64,000 nucleotides of DNA from Octopus sinensis (lineage: Eukaryota), in NCBI RefSeq assembly GCF_006345805.1, contig NC_042999.1, positions 48,422,001-48,486,000 on the forward strand, given 5' to 3'. The position numbers were made by a program, and so were the translations under genes. Positions within the stretch are counted from its first letter, which is position 1. Every line of letters begins with the position of its first letter. The notes below the pieces were generated by a model, which searched no databases, had not been told where the DNA came from, and was given only the letters and a program-made list of their open reading frames with translations. Of this stretch, positions 38,955-51,978 are shown in pieces.

Positions 38955-39547
38955 TTGGGACCAGCGTCACAGATAATGAACAAACAATATAGACACAGAG
39001 TGGCCAGGCTCGCAACATATCATACCACCGGTACAATCACCATATTTAGAGATGATGACCAATTCAGGACCAGCGACATGAAGGAGGTATCCGGCGTTCC
39101 CAGTGCCAACACCACAGATGATGACCAAATAATTATCTTCGACACTGATGAAATGACAGATCCCGCACTATATATTACGAGGGGCGCGAATATGGCGACA
39201 TCCCATGTTTGTAAATACATAGGATCTCCCAGTACCTCGTTCAAGCGACATTTTCTTAGCCACCAGTCATTCTTCAGAGTCCCAGAAACACGGTTTGTCT
39301 CGTCCCTGGTCCGCCATATGTGGCACCTCAAAGATCAAGGGACCCCTCGTGATATCTGGTGGAAATCAATTCATCAGCCTATATATTAATGGAAGTGGTT
39401 GTTGCAAGATCTGCATCGCTGAGAGACAAATTTCTGAAGGACTATAAGAAACCTGTCGCGTTAAACAGTCGTAAAAAAGTGTTTTCTAAATGTGTCCACT
39501 TCAAGCGCTACCTACTGAAGAAATGGATCTACCCGTATGCTGGTTAG
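38955..39547 (+). pseudogene. PLE-type GIY-YIG endonuclease (frameshifted)
   Basis: PALYITR..CKYIGSPSTSFKRHFLSHQSFF..SSLVRHMWHLKDQG..IWWK / YINGSGCCKICIAE / LNSRKKVFSKCVHFKRYLLK, matching the PLE EN pattern YIG.T...FK.R...H..SF....L....W.LK.....W......C.LC..E....N.R......C.H. Confidence 0.8.
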
Positions 39548-39691
39548 GCCTTTTCGGGTCTAGAAGTGCTGTCTCAAAGGAGACAACCCGTTCTCATTAA
39601 CGTTTTCCTTTTTTTTGTTATGTCGTATTTCTCGATTCCTAAACGTTTCCTCACGTCCGCGATGTAGACATTTTAAATGTATGTCTTTATA

Positions 39692-39754
39692 TAGAGACTG
39701 CCAAGCTGTTCGCAAGTCTTTGGCTTTGTGCATACGAAATCTTGGGTAACTCTA
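39692..39754 (+). ncRNA. Decayed type I hammerhead motif in the right inverted repeat
   Basis: Core decayed to CUGCCAA, intact GAAA, stem III AUC[UUG]GGU, GUA triplet, ACUCUA stem I strand. Confidence 0.5.
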
Positions 39755-41144
39755 TGTCCAATATTTTAAATGTTTGTTGTAAAAACTACTGCTCTATACT
39801 TAAGAGTGTGTTTCTTTTTTATATTTAAGTGCGTATGTCGTTGTTTCTGAGCGTGTGCCTCGCAACTACATGACAACGGGTGTTGCTGTATTTATGCATC
39901 TGTAACGTAACAGGTCGACAATGGTGTAAATACTGTGGATGACGTCAGTTAACCATAGGCATGGAACGTGCTGCACCCGCTAGACTATTATCTTTACTGA
40001 ATGTATTATATATTATCTTTACTGAATGTCCCAGGTATGTAACGTGGCTTATAATGAATGCTAAAATATATATCCGGTTATATTGAGAAAAGTCTGATAG
40101 CACATGAATGTCATATCAGAAATATATTAATTCGAAATAACTGACTCTAATTTTAAATAAATTCACCGATCATAGAAAACAGTGACTGTAAATAATGTAG
40201 GAACACGATTGTCAAGCAAATATATTCCATATAGAGTGCCTTGTCGTAAGGGGACATGTGGCAGACTCCAAATAAAGAACAATGATGTGGCTAAACGTAA
40301 AAACAAAATAGGTCATCAATGCTCGCTGTTGGAGAATACGAATTGAGGATAGATGCCGCTGGAGTGAAGAAATTCATTTGCTTCTGCACACTTGTTTCAA
40401 CTTATATGAATAGTCATCTTTGATAGTCGACAAAGAATATGTGGGCCATGCTTAAAGAAATTGTATTTAATTTCTCCTAGCTTTTTCCGCATGTTATTTT
40501 ATATCGACATAGTAAATATTTTGACTCATATTTCCTGCTATTGAAGATATTGTATATCATATATTAATATGTTATCTTCAAAAAACAGCCGATAAATTAC
40601 AATTCAAGAATGTAATTAATGTGGAACAGGTGTATCAAATAATGCATATGATTTTTGAAAGAAGGCAACTGAATACATAATACGCAATATGAAAAGGAAT
40701 CTCTAGTCTAAAAGTTGAATATGTTGTGGGAAAGGATGATTGCAGTAAAATCTAAATAATAAAGTAGGTTACATATTAGTGCAAATTTTGATTACTTGCC
40801 TTGGGACCCGATTAACAATTTGAAAGGAAAATTGATGGCCAATTTACTCGATAAAAATATACTTTGCATTACCAAAATACGAAGTATAAATGCACAAACA
40901 CGCGGGATTTGAACTAATTGTTTTAAGTAATAAAGCTAAATGCTGTACAACGTTGACAGTTGCACTGTAAGTTTGCCTGCCAGGTCAACGTCCTCAGAAA
41001 GTCTATAATTTTTATGCTTTTCACAGTAAAGTTTTTCTAAATCAGTGTATGCAAACAGAGGAAATAATTATAGAATGCATTATCGTAGGTCAACATGAAA
41101 ATTACAGAACTGTGTAAAGGATGGCTTTAAATATTGATTTAAAA

Positions 41145-41335
41145 TTTTAGCACAAGGCTTGAAATTTGTGGTGACGCGCTAAGTTGATTAAATCGATTCA
41201 AGAGATCAACCGGTACTTATTTTACCGACACCGAAATTTTGAAAGGCAAAGTCCTCCTCAGCAGAATTTCAACTTAAAACGTAGATATATCGCTAAACAT
41301 TTTGGCCAGCGTGCTAACAATTCTGCTAGCAAACC
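41145..41335 (-). mobile_element. SINE family 3, degenerate
   Basis: CCGGTACTTATTTTACCGACACCGAAA..GAAAGGCAAAGTCCTCCTCAGCAGAATTTCAACT..GGCCAGCGTGCTAAC. Confidence 0.75.
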
Positions 41336-41384
41336 ACTTAGAATGGCTCTAAATATGACTTTGAAATTCTGAAAACATATCAAC

Positions 41385-41572
41385 ATTTCTTGGAGACGAT
41401 GCAAGTCGATTTCAATGACTGTAGTGCTCAACTGGTCCTTACTTCATAGACTCTGAAATGATGAAAGACAAATTCGACTGCAGCGGTGTTTAAACTCAGA
41501 GGATAAAGAAGTACGAAATGCCGCTAAGTATTTCGACAGGTGTGCTAAATATTCTGCCAACTCCCTGCCTTG
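41385..41572 (-). mobile_element. SINE family 3, degenerate
   Basis: AAGTCGATTTC..AACTGGTCCTTAC..GATGAAAGACAAATTCGAC..AACTCAGA..CGAAATGCCGCTAAGTATTTCG..TGCCAACTCCCTGCCT. Confidence 0.75.
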
Positions 41573-41719
41573 GGATGGATTTAAATAGTATCAAACAGAT
41601 TAAGATAAACCTAATTACCTGATGAGTTTTATAGATTTGCATATCACATGCGACAGAGTGTTTTTAAAATGTATTTTACATCGTCTGAGCTCATAATTCC
41701 TTTTACATAATTCTTTTTC

Positions 41720-41900
41720 CTAAGCAAGGCCTGACACTTTATGGGGAAGGGGTAGTCATTTACATCTACAATGGATCTTACCAAATCCTTATTTTATCGA
41801 GCCCAAAATGTTGAAACTCAAAATTGACCTCAGCGGATTTTGCACTTAGAATGTACAGAGAGACCAAATGCGTCTTAGCATTTTGTCCGTTGCGGTAACA
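41720..41900 (-). mobile_element. SINE family 3, degenerate
   Basis: TTTTATCGAGCCC..AAATTGACCTCAGCGGATTT..TTAGCATTTTGTCCG. Confidence 0.6.
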
Positions 41901-44900
41901 CCGTTTTGACCAGTAATCGCATGAATTATATCTTGAAACATCACAGGCTCTCACATCTCTCTTCCAAACATTACAGAATATTGAACTGTTTCATTGGCAA
42001 CTATAACATATTAGAGCATAATACCTTTTTAGCTCTAAAGGAATGTTAATTACAATCCATTCATGCTATACAATCGATTTAATATTCAATGAAATACTTG
42101 ATTTTAGAAACAACGGAAAATTTGATACATTTGACTGATGGGAAAAGATTACCTTCTATGCACTGCCATAACAGAAAGGTTAACATAAATGTAAACAATT
42201 GTGCAGTTAAGTGCTAATTAATAGAAACAATGAGTTGATCGTCTAATACACTATGTCCAGTGTTTGTGAAATTATGATAAGGATTGGAAGTTAAGACACC
42301 AATTATATAAAGTAGATGAGAAAAAAGGGAAATATTCCAGAAAACTAACGAAATAAATAGAATTATTGATGAGAATCTTCGATAAGATTAAATCAATGAA
42401 TGGCTTGAGGAAGAACAACACAGCTCACGCTGTAATCCCAAGTGGACGATCCAAAGTGACAAGAATATATCGGCTGATGTCAGCTTTCGTTCTTACAGAG
42501 GATCTTTCATTCTGCTGCTGTCTTTCTACATGTCACATGCATCCATCTCATATTTATTTCCTCATTCAATCTTGAATATTAGAACATTTGTCAGTTTGAG
42601 ATTACAGAAAAGCATAGAAGTCGCGATATTTAAGTATTTAGACATGACAGTTTTTATTTCATTCAACCTCACGCTGTTGTCAGTTTTGTCAGCCAGTATA
42701 AATATATTTTTGGATTGTACTCAATCAACTCAATACACTCGTATCCGTATTTCTATTATGATTTGCATACGCATGTGTGTATGTGTGTGTAGCAAGAGAA
42801 ATAGACTGATAAACAGATAAATAAATATGAATATCAACGTGCGTATAGATTTATGTTAGAATGCAACAACACCTACAGATGCCCATTCCTTTTAATGTCT
42901 GTCGGATGTTGTAGTTTCTTTCTTGCAAAAAGTTATGTGATGTATTTCTTATGGTTTTCGTTGGGCTGTTTTAACAATCTATTGATTACTTTCAACAAGC
43001 CAGAAGGCTCTTTTTGTATTCTCATTCAGTATAGAAGCCTGAGTTTACTTTATTATATTGTTGATAAATGAGCAGTATTCAGTAAACTTTGTGCACTATG
43101 ACACAAAAAAAAACTGTCAATGATCATCTTCTCTCTTGGACTATAAGACACGTCACAGAATGAGGTATTCATTGCCGCAGCGCTTCACACCACTGGTGTT
43201 GACACCTATTAGTGGCGTAGTGAGCCTTGAAAAGGTATGACATATGCAATACACCCAATGCTAGCGGCTCGTTGAGTGCGCGATGTATTCTATGTTATAA
43301 ATAAAATAAATCAAGTAAGTTGTTATATTAATTTAAACAACTTTTCCAAATATGTTGCCAGTAATTAGAATATAAATCGGTCATTGCGTTATCAATTGAA
43401 AAAGAACCATGAATGATAATGCACAGATGGCGAATATAGATTCATTATAGGTATTTAAACATAAGGTCACTAACGTATGCTTATATCTAAAGAGTGTCAA
43501 TTGACGGATTGGATTATATCGTTAAAATAGATTATAAATTACCGCAGAAGGACAACTTAGAAGTTTGATTATTGTTGTTTTTGTGGTACTTTTCATCGTT
43601 GATTGCAAAAAAGGAGCGGGTTATAAAAGGTTAACTAGTGAAACGTGGTGTTGAGTTTCAAAGCATCGAGAATCACAGTTGCACACTGCTACTCAACTAG
43701 GTAAAGATATTAGTCAAATATCTCTGAATCGGTTTTTACAAGATGCATTCTGCATTCATAGATACATTACAATGAGAAAAATACGAACAAAATAGACGGA
43801 ATCGTAGGAGTCCCAATCCTTTCTACCTCAGGAATGTTCTGCATGATCCGACCTATCCTTCACAGCAGAAACTACAATGATAGCTAGGATTAAAGCTTGT
43901 AAATTTGAATAATAATTCTAATAATGTTTAATATTTAAAAATACAGCATCCATGGCTCCCAAGTAGCCAACCATCTAAGTATTAGCTAGGCATGACAAAC
44001 AGCGCTTCCAATGTGACATAGGTTTCTCTCATCATAGTATAACATTCCAGTAAGGCAAAGAACATTAAAGAAATAATGTTTATCATCTTCCTATTAATAT
44101 GCAGTAAGTCAATGAAAACTGTTCTAGCTAATATACACCTTGCTCTAAGGCATTCATTAAAACAATTTAAATAATGAAGTAATTCAAGATATTTGAGAAA
44201 TGTGTTATCAGCTGAAGCGAACAGATATCACTTATATTATTTTCATATACCGACCCACATGAGATGGTTGTAAGACAACATGCACAGTGAGATAACAGAA
44301 CGAAGATTCAATTGACTATTATGAACTGAAAAATAATAATAGGAGAAATTATCGTAATTGTAGCATCATATTTCAAAATTTTGTAAATTGTTTTTAATGT
44401 TGAGAAATAAGGACCAAGATTGTGTCTTACATTTTATCTAAGCAGAAATGATTGGAACTAAATATGAACGAAGAAGTTTTGATTATATCATTTAGCCCGT
44501 CACAGTATATGAGTTTAAAATGTAGGAATGAACTTGAGAACGTGTTATTATTGTCTGTCTTTATTTTTCTCACTCGCTCTATCACTCTTTATCTATCTCT
44601 ACCTTTCCTTTTATAATCACACACACGCACACATACATACACAGCATTACGATTGCTTAGTTGATCTCCAGTACAGTGTTGAAAGGTCTTTTGAGTGAAT
44701 GTAATTTATATTTCCCAAAATAGATTTATTTGGCTTTTGTTGCATCAAAGTATATTCCTGGAACATACTTAAGTTTCTCAAAGTGGAAATGCACCAAAGA
44801 ATTTGTTCACCACTCAAAGCATCTTAGAATAATAATGAATTGTTCAGAATTTCAATTGTAATTTAAAATCAATGTCCTTTTAAAAGTAGAATGAAGATAA

Positions 44901-46224
44901 AACAATTTTAATTTGATATAAAGCTCAAAGATAGTTGAAGATATATTAGTCTTCTTAGCTGTTAGATAGAGGTGTAATGGTCCTAAAATTTACGAATCTA
45001 TAACATTTAACAATAAAATATCAATATTGAGTGTAGAAAAAAAGGTTCTCTGAACAACTGAGAAGTGTAATGTTTCTCTAGCAATTAGTTTTTGTTTTTA
45101 CTTAGCTATATATTTTCAAAAACAAACTAATTCGCCATTTACTCCACACATTAACAAAGGAAAGAAATAGTAATCATTTAAAGCTACATATAGCGCACGA
45201 TAATAGAAATAAGAAACAAGCAAAAATTAGATGTTTCACAATAATGGTTTTTGCTGCAGTCCTCGTATTTTCGTGGCTGTTAATGCCCGTTATTTTTCTT
45301 ACCTTTTATTTTTTTTTGTATTCCACTTCACCATAAATGGAATGCCTCCATAAATCTTCTCTGTTGCATTAAGCTCAAACAATGAGATGTTACGTGTCCT
45401 CGTGCAAAAATTATGTGTACTTTCTGCAGTCTGGACTTCTGCTCCATAAACAAGAATAATCTCTACATCCGATCTGAAATAATTTTGCTCTATCCGTTAT
45501 TCAATCCTTTTTAGATGTAAAACATTTTAAAAAATACTATGGCTTTATATTTTATTTCCACGTAACATTACATTCCGCTAAATAAGATTACATTGTATAT
45601 ATTTCATGATTCAATCCATATTATTGAATCGCTGAAATATCATATATATGAGTTTTATTTCGCTTACTAGATTCGTAACAACCTCGCAGATAAATCGTCA
45701 AAGGTATAGTCTCGATTACATGGACGTCGACAGATATTTTAACAATTGGCTCTTGAAAGGAAACAGGAAGAGTACTACCTTAGCGGGGTTTGATTTATGA
45801 ATGTAAATGCATGAAGCTAAATGCGTAAGTACATTTTATCAAAAGCACTACAGAATATACGATTTAGACATCTTATTTCTTTTACGAAGCAGGTATATAA
45901 CATTTTGGACATAAAGGTGATTTTCACATTTCCCTTTTAATTATAGGATTAGGTGATTCATTTATGTAATTACGTTCGTGCATTGAAGGAGAGGCTGCAT
46001 TTGCACATGCACGCAATAACTGTACCTGCAGTTCAGACTATAGTTATGAGGAACTCTATGAATCTCTTATTTAGTTGCAGGCGTCAATTTACTTGAAAAT
46101 AAGAATAGCAGAGAAAAGTTATGCACACGATAAATATGTGTGTATGTGTGTGTGTGCTTGAGTACGTGTGCATATGTGTATGCACACGATATATGTGAGT
46201 TTATGTGCGTGTATATATATTTAT

Positions 46225-46300
<76 letters not shown>

Positions 46301-46301
46301 G
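46225..46301. repeat. (GATA)n microsatellite
   Basis: Seen directly. Confidence 0.95.
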
Positions 46302-46867
46302 TATACATGTAAATATATTGTCTCAATGACAATGCAAAAATGGGCTTGATATAAATATATTTATATATATATACATATATATATATATATAATTTATATG
46401 TATAGAATTTATCCATAGACTCATATGGAAGGCATACCACTTTGATATGAAAACCGATGCACTAATAAGTAGCGAGAGTGAAGCAAAAGACCAACTACTA
46501 GGTAGAAGATTTAACACCAAAAATTACCCACCACCACCAAAACCTTGCAGGTCTTGAGGCCGATTTATGGAAAATTAGTAAAAATGTTAAATCTTAAAAG
46601 TATCACCATAGAGGTAATGAATACTTGATGAAGCTAAGACGCATTGTATCGCAACTTAGAGATAAGAATGGGATAATTGTTCACAATCAACCAGTTCGAA
46701 TATGAACATTTTCAATTAATTTAACTTAATTTGATTTCTCTAATTGTATTAATAGGATATGGGAACGGCTGTAGGGATAAGAATTTCATATTATATTAAT
46801 TTCAAAATCTTTGAATAAACCTTTGTCTATACGTTAATTTCTCCATTTTTCTTCCTTTCTCATTCAC

Positions 46868-46904
<37 letters not shown>

Positions 46905-47729
46905 ATATATATATACGCACACACACACACACATACACACACGCACACACACACACAAACACACACATATATATGTGTATATATGTGTATTGTAAAAATG
47001 TTCTTCTGCAGAGGCTCCGAAAAGTAAAAAAAAATAAATGCATATATATTCCATTAACCGCAATGCTATATATATATATATAATTTTATGACATATTTCT
47101 TCCTCTAGAAAGAAATACAAATTATTCAAAATCCCTGGAACATTGTTCTTATCAACAGTCACGCAGCCAGTTACCGGAGTCAACGTCCATAATTGAGCTG
47201 TTGATTTTACTCTGCTGCTATTATCAGATGCAATTCTATTAGTTATTGCATTGTTTGAAAATATTCCTACACATAATATTTCGACCTGTAATTCGCAGTT
47301 CAATGATTTGATAGTAATCCAAAAGATTGATCGCTTTTATTTCCGTTATTTCAGGAAGCAGTTGATATCAGACAACACAGTGTAGGACATCCCCGACGAG
47401 TGCACAGAAAAGATATTTGATAGAATTTTACAACAGCCGAACTTTATCGCTGACTGTCAAAATAAGACAGCCGTGATGTGATTCAAATTGGCATTTCGTA
47501 TCAAAGAGTAAGCATAGAATGTCTGATATTATTTGACATGTCAATATGCTTTAAAGTACATTATATTTGGTAGACTTCGCATAATACTACATTTTTCCCA
47601 TTTTGTCCTTGTCAATACAATGCATTTGTAGTTAAAAGATCCATTGCAGCGGATAAATAAATGTATAAAACGTCTTTACATATCAGAAGTTTAAGTCGTT
47701 TCAGAAATATATGATCCAAAGAGTGATAA

Positions 47730-49345
47730 TTTTCAAAATGTCTTTACTAATAGTAGTTCTGTTAGTGCATAGTGTATATAAAATTGGAAAATTTATTTTA
47801 CGATTCCAAAGTTCTAATACCCCCTCTCTTTTATTTGGATCCTTTTTCAGCTGTAGCACTGCTCTTCGGCTCACCGATTTGATAATTCTCCCATTCTCTT
47901 GCTAGTTGCAGCAAATATCTCCTTAGAATCCTGCAAGCAAGTCTGGCATACAATAATAAATCTTGTAGGTCAGACCATCTAATCCCAGATATCCGCCCAC
48001 CCCATATACGCAGCCCATTATGTCGCCCCGTATTTCCTGAAATGTTATCGATCTTTCACAATATTCAGCATCTCTTGCTGTGAATCGTGGCAAGCCATCG
48101 ATATAGGTAGTGATATCCATCCTGCGATCTGACCCACCATTCGTCCCGAACAATTCAACAAAATGCTGCTGAAAAGCTGCCCACACCTACCCCGGCTAGT
48201 TTACCGTGCACCCATTTTTGCCCACCAAAGACGGAATTGAATATTTGTTGTCATTTTGCACCTTAGTCGCCCGGGGCCATCAGGCAGCAATGGTTTCCTC
48301 TTGTCTCAGAGCACGTGCCTTAGATTTTACAATGCAACTTTCGTGCTTGGCGTAGAAATGGTCATCGAGGGCCAACCTCGCTGCTAGCACGACGGTTGCA
48401 ATGCCTTTCCTAAGCGCCTCTTTTAGCTTTCTCACTAATTCTACCTCTAGCCTATTTCTTTCTATAGCTAAAACTGCTAAATCTGATTCTACGGTGATGG
48501 ATTTGTTTAATACCGTTTATTGTTGACGATTGCCCCCGTCAAAGCTTTCTGAACTAACTCTTTGATCCGTTCTCTGTAAGCTTGCCATGCAGGAGTGACA
48601 TGTTCAACTTCCAATAGCCGGGTCACTGTCTAAATATGCTATAGAAGGCGATCGTACAGGTCAACAATGTATGATCAGTGTAGCTGACTATTTGAAATAA
48701 TGGACAACTAACACTACCCGTATCTAAAGACCTCCAAAATACTCTACCTAGATACGATCTGGATGATCCGATACGGTTTGCCCATATCCACATTAGCACA
48801 TTCGAGAAATCCAGTCAGTACCAGTCAGACAATTGAAAGTGTTTCAGCAAGTTTGAGAGGGTTCTGCAACCCCCTTTCTTATCGGCTAGCCCCACACAAT
48901 CCAGTTGTGCATCTAAGATGTCGTTGAATTCACCGACTAACACTAAAGGTAGGGACGTACCCTGGAAAACAACCAGACATCCAGACGCTTGAAGTATTCC
49001 GACTGTGCTGCACCTGTCGGTGCGTAGACAGCCACCATTCTGAAGGCCCTACCGTTACTACCATTCACATGCAGGACCAGCTGTTTACCTTCTGGGTCCA
49101 GGAAGACTGGCATTTTGAGATCCAGATCTTTCCGAAAAAATACTGCCCATTCCCCGCCGACACAGAGATGCATAGATCTTGTAGTAATCGAAACGGGGCA
49201 TGAAAGCTCACTGTTCGGTTAGTCTGCATTCACTTATGGGTATTACATCTATTCCGCGTGACTTGAGTTCGTTGAGTAGGTGCCCTTGCTTGCAAGTGGA
49301 CACCGGGCCATGTACATTTATGCAAACTATTTCAGGTATGACCAT
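47730..49345 (-). pseudogene. LINE ORF2 (APE endonuclease plus start of RT), decayed
   Basis: Track ORFs 48943..49173 and 47923..48186 plus manual translation between them; several stops and frameshifts. Confidence 0.85.
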
Positions 49346-49399
49346 TTGAGTGGCTGGTAGGGAGAAAAAAGAGAAAACTACTTACCATTAACACTCTGG

Positions 49400-50514
49400 A
49401 GCGGGAATGGTGCAGATGTCGCGTCCCTTAAGTGGAGTGTGGTGGTCTCCATGACCAAAGATTCATAGAGGCTCCAGGACATTTTCGTGCTGAAGCCTCC
49501 AACCGCCAGTCGGAATTTGTATTGTATGTTGCTGTATGTATGTTGCGATGTTCGAAGTATATGTATTATACGCGGGGAAAAGAAAATCATTCATTTTGGA
49601 GGCTTTTTGAGGGCTACAGCTTGTTTATTTTTTGTACTATTGTGCCTTTTTCTTCGTCTTTTACGTGTGACATCTGTCCTCCTAATTCTGGTGGTCTCTC
49701 TTCACGACATGTCTCAATAGTCACAGTCAGAAAAGGGCAGTCCTAGTAGGTCGAAATTTGCCGAATTTTATTCCTTTGGCAAGAGCTACGTTTTTGTAGG
49801 AACTATGGTAGTGGTTTTGGTCAGCGTCTCTGTTGTTGTTCGCGTTGTCGTCTCTCGTGTAGTTGTTGTTGTTGAGGTTCCTACTGTAGTTTTGTTTGCT
49901 TCACTTGTTGTGATATAGGTGGTGCTTGTATCAAGGGGGAAGTGCCTTCCTTCTGGCCACAAGTCTTTCAGGTGTTTCTTCCATCCGCATTGATAACACC
50001 TTGGCCTTCAGCCCTCATCTATGCCATCTGCATAGTTCGCATTGTGAGGAGCCGTCAGCAATTTGTTCCAAAACCTATTGGTTTATTTGGACTATTAGTT
50101 GCAATTCCTGACAAGTCCAGCATGTTTCCCCTTGTTTTTCTACTTCTACTTGGATGATTCTGATTGTTTCTCCTAAGTCGACGAGGACAGCTGCGACAAT
50201 CCAGCAATCATTAATTTCTGGTGGTGTCTCCAGTATTTCTATCTTGGCGACGCCCCCTACCAAGTATGTTGGAACTAGGACACGTTCACTGTTTCTCAGC
50301 TGGACTCTTGAGTGCTGTTTTGTTATGTCTACTGTAGCAAATCTGATTTCACTTGTGTCATATTTCTTATCCCGCGACAAATGGGTTGCAAGTATTTTTC
50401 AACTGCTTGCTTTGTGGCAGTTTCTAAACACCTATTTTCTAAAGATATAGTTTTGTTCATTGTGATATATGTGTTTGTATTGTCTATAATATCTGTAGGA
50501 AACAGCATTGTCAC
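49400..50514 (-). pseudogene. LINE ORF1 (zinc knuckle), decayed
   Basis: Track ORFs 50329..50514 and 50075..50380, plus CYQCGWKKHLKDLW. Confidence 0.6.
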
Positions 50515-51022
50515 AACTAAATGCCAATTACTACTATTTGATCAAAAGATTCGGCGTTAGGAGAACTAGGTCAATGGCAAGTGGTCACAATAACATTCAC
50601 AGAGAATGTAGAGACCTTACAAACCCTATGCATATCAACACAACCGTTGGTCTATAAGTTCCAAGTACTTTGACACGTTAGAATAAAGGAAAAAATATAA
50701 ATCTAAACTTTATTCAAATTTGGAGAAAGAGACTATCACTTATTATGAGTAGGCATAGTACTTATTAACTGGGGGAAAAGTTAATCAAGTGAACATATTA
50801 GGGGTCAAAATATATACTAAGAAAGATGGAAGAGGGAAGATATTCATAGGTTTAGTAGAAGGTAATATTTTATAATATGAAGAGAGGTAATTTAGAAGAG
50901 TAAATTATTCAAATTTCATGGATAGTGAGTTGATATTTATGAATTAAAATATAGGATCTATTGGAAATAAAATTTAATATCTGCGGCTGAAAGTTAATTA
51001 GTTAGGTAAAAATATCTTAGGT

Positions 51023-51490
51023 TAATTATATATTAAGAAATGGGAGTAAGATAATCAAGATGAACCAAATAGTTTCCCTATGGACATAGGATTAATACTA
51101 CTTAGTATTGGAGAACATTATAAAAGAAGTAGAATTTAATTCTAAGTTTGCAATGAAGTGTTTTAATCATTTATGAGTGTTAAACTAAAACCGGTACGGT
51201 ATATTCTTTCCTATTTGCTTAATATATTTTGTGAAGATATCTTAGACTAATTATATATTAAGAAATGGAAGTAAGATAATCAAGGTGAACCGAATAGTTT
51301 CTTTAGGGACATACGATTCATATTATTTAGTATTCCTACAATTTGGGATTCATACTATTTAGGATTCCAACTATTTAGAGTCATACAGTTCAATTTTAGA
51401 AAAAAAGAAGAATTCAATTTTAAGTTTGCAGTGAAGATATTTTAGTCATCTATGAATGTTTAATTGAAAGCCAGTATGGTATATTCCTTC
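51023..51490. repeat. Old tandem duplication (~51023-51220 / ~51248-51490)
   Basis: AATTATATATTAAGAAATGG.AGTAAGATAATCAAG.TGAACC.AATAGTTTC and TAAGTTTGCA.TGAAG shared by both copies; copy 2 has an extra ~16-bp triplication. Confidence 0.85.
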
Positions 51491-51894
51491 TTTTTCGGTT
51501 ATAAAGAATTAAAACTTGAAAAATATAGGAATATTCACAAAATTATTATTTAAAGTATTTAAACGTTCGGGTCATACGATGTATACAAGATTCTCCTAGC
51601 TCCAAACGGTTATTCAACATATTTATATTACTCTGATGTTTCAAAATTTCATAAGTTTCCATAGAACAAAGTTGGCAACCATCCCTACTATTTCTATAAG
51701 GTTGCACTCTTCATACTATATCCCATTTTAGGTTGAATTCTATATTATTTGTTTTTAGTTCCCACATTTTGCTAGATAATGTTGTACAACCTGCCTTATG
51801 TGACAATGCTGTTGCCTACATAAATTCCTTATATGGAGCTCTGACATCCCCTTTACCCCATTTCTATTATTAGAGTAAGGGTGGTGAGAGAGAA

Positions 51895-51940
51895 GGACGA
51901 TGACGACAATAACGATGATGGCGATGGTGATGCTAATGAA

Positions 51941-51978
<38 letters not shown>

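Larger units (their letters stand above)
38658..39779 (+). mobile_element. 1.12-kb element with ~95-bp inverted terminal repeats, TA at both flanks, and a GIY-YIG remnant
   Basis: 38658-38752 is the reverse complement of 39685-39779 (about 10 mismatches and 1 gap over the inner ~77 nt); TA at 38656-38657 and 39780-39781. Confidence 0.8.
47730..50520 (-). mobile_element. L1/Tx1-type LINE retaining ORF1 and the 5' part of ORF2; 3'-truncated
   Basis: ORF1 remnant with a CX2CX4HX4(C->W) knuckle (49957-49998); ORF2 from ATG 49345 with APE motifs (CINVHG, VAVYAP, YLDRV, TDH, GYWKLN) and linker to the start of RT (GLDGL.Y..Y, KKDPNK). Confidence 0.85.

Noticed and set aside
47108-47430. Acceptor-like sites with short open frames (e.g. 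EAVDIRQHSVGHPRRVHRKDI*)
   Set aside because: No consistent gene model or homology
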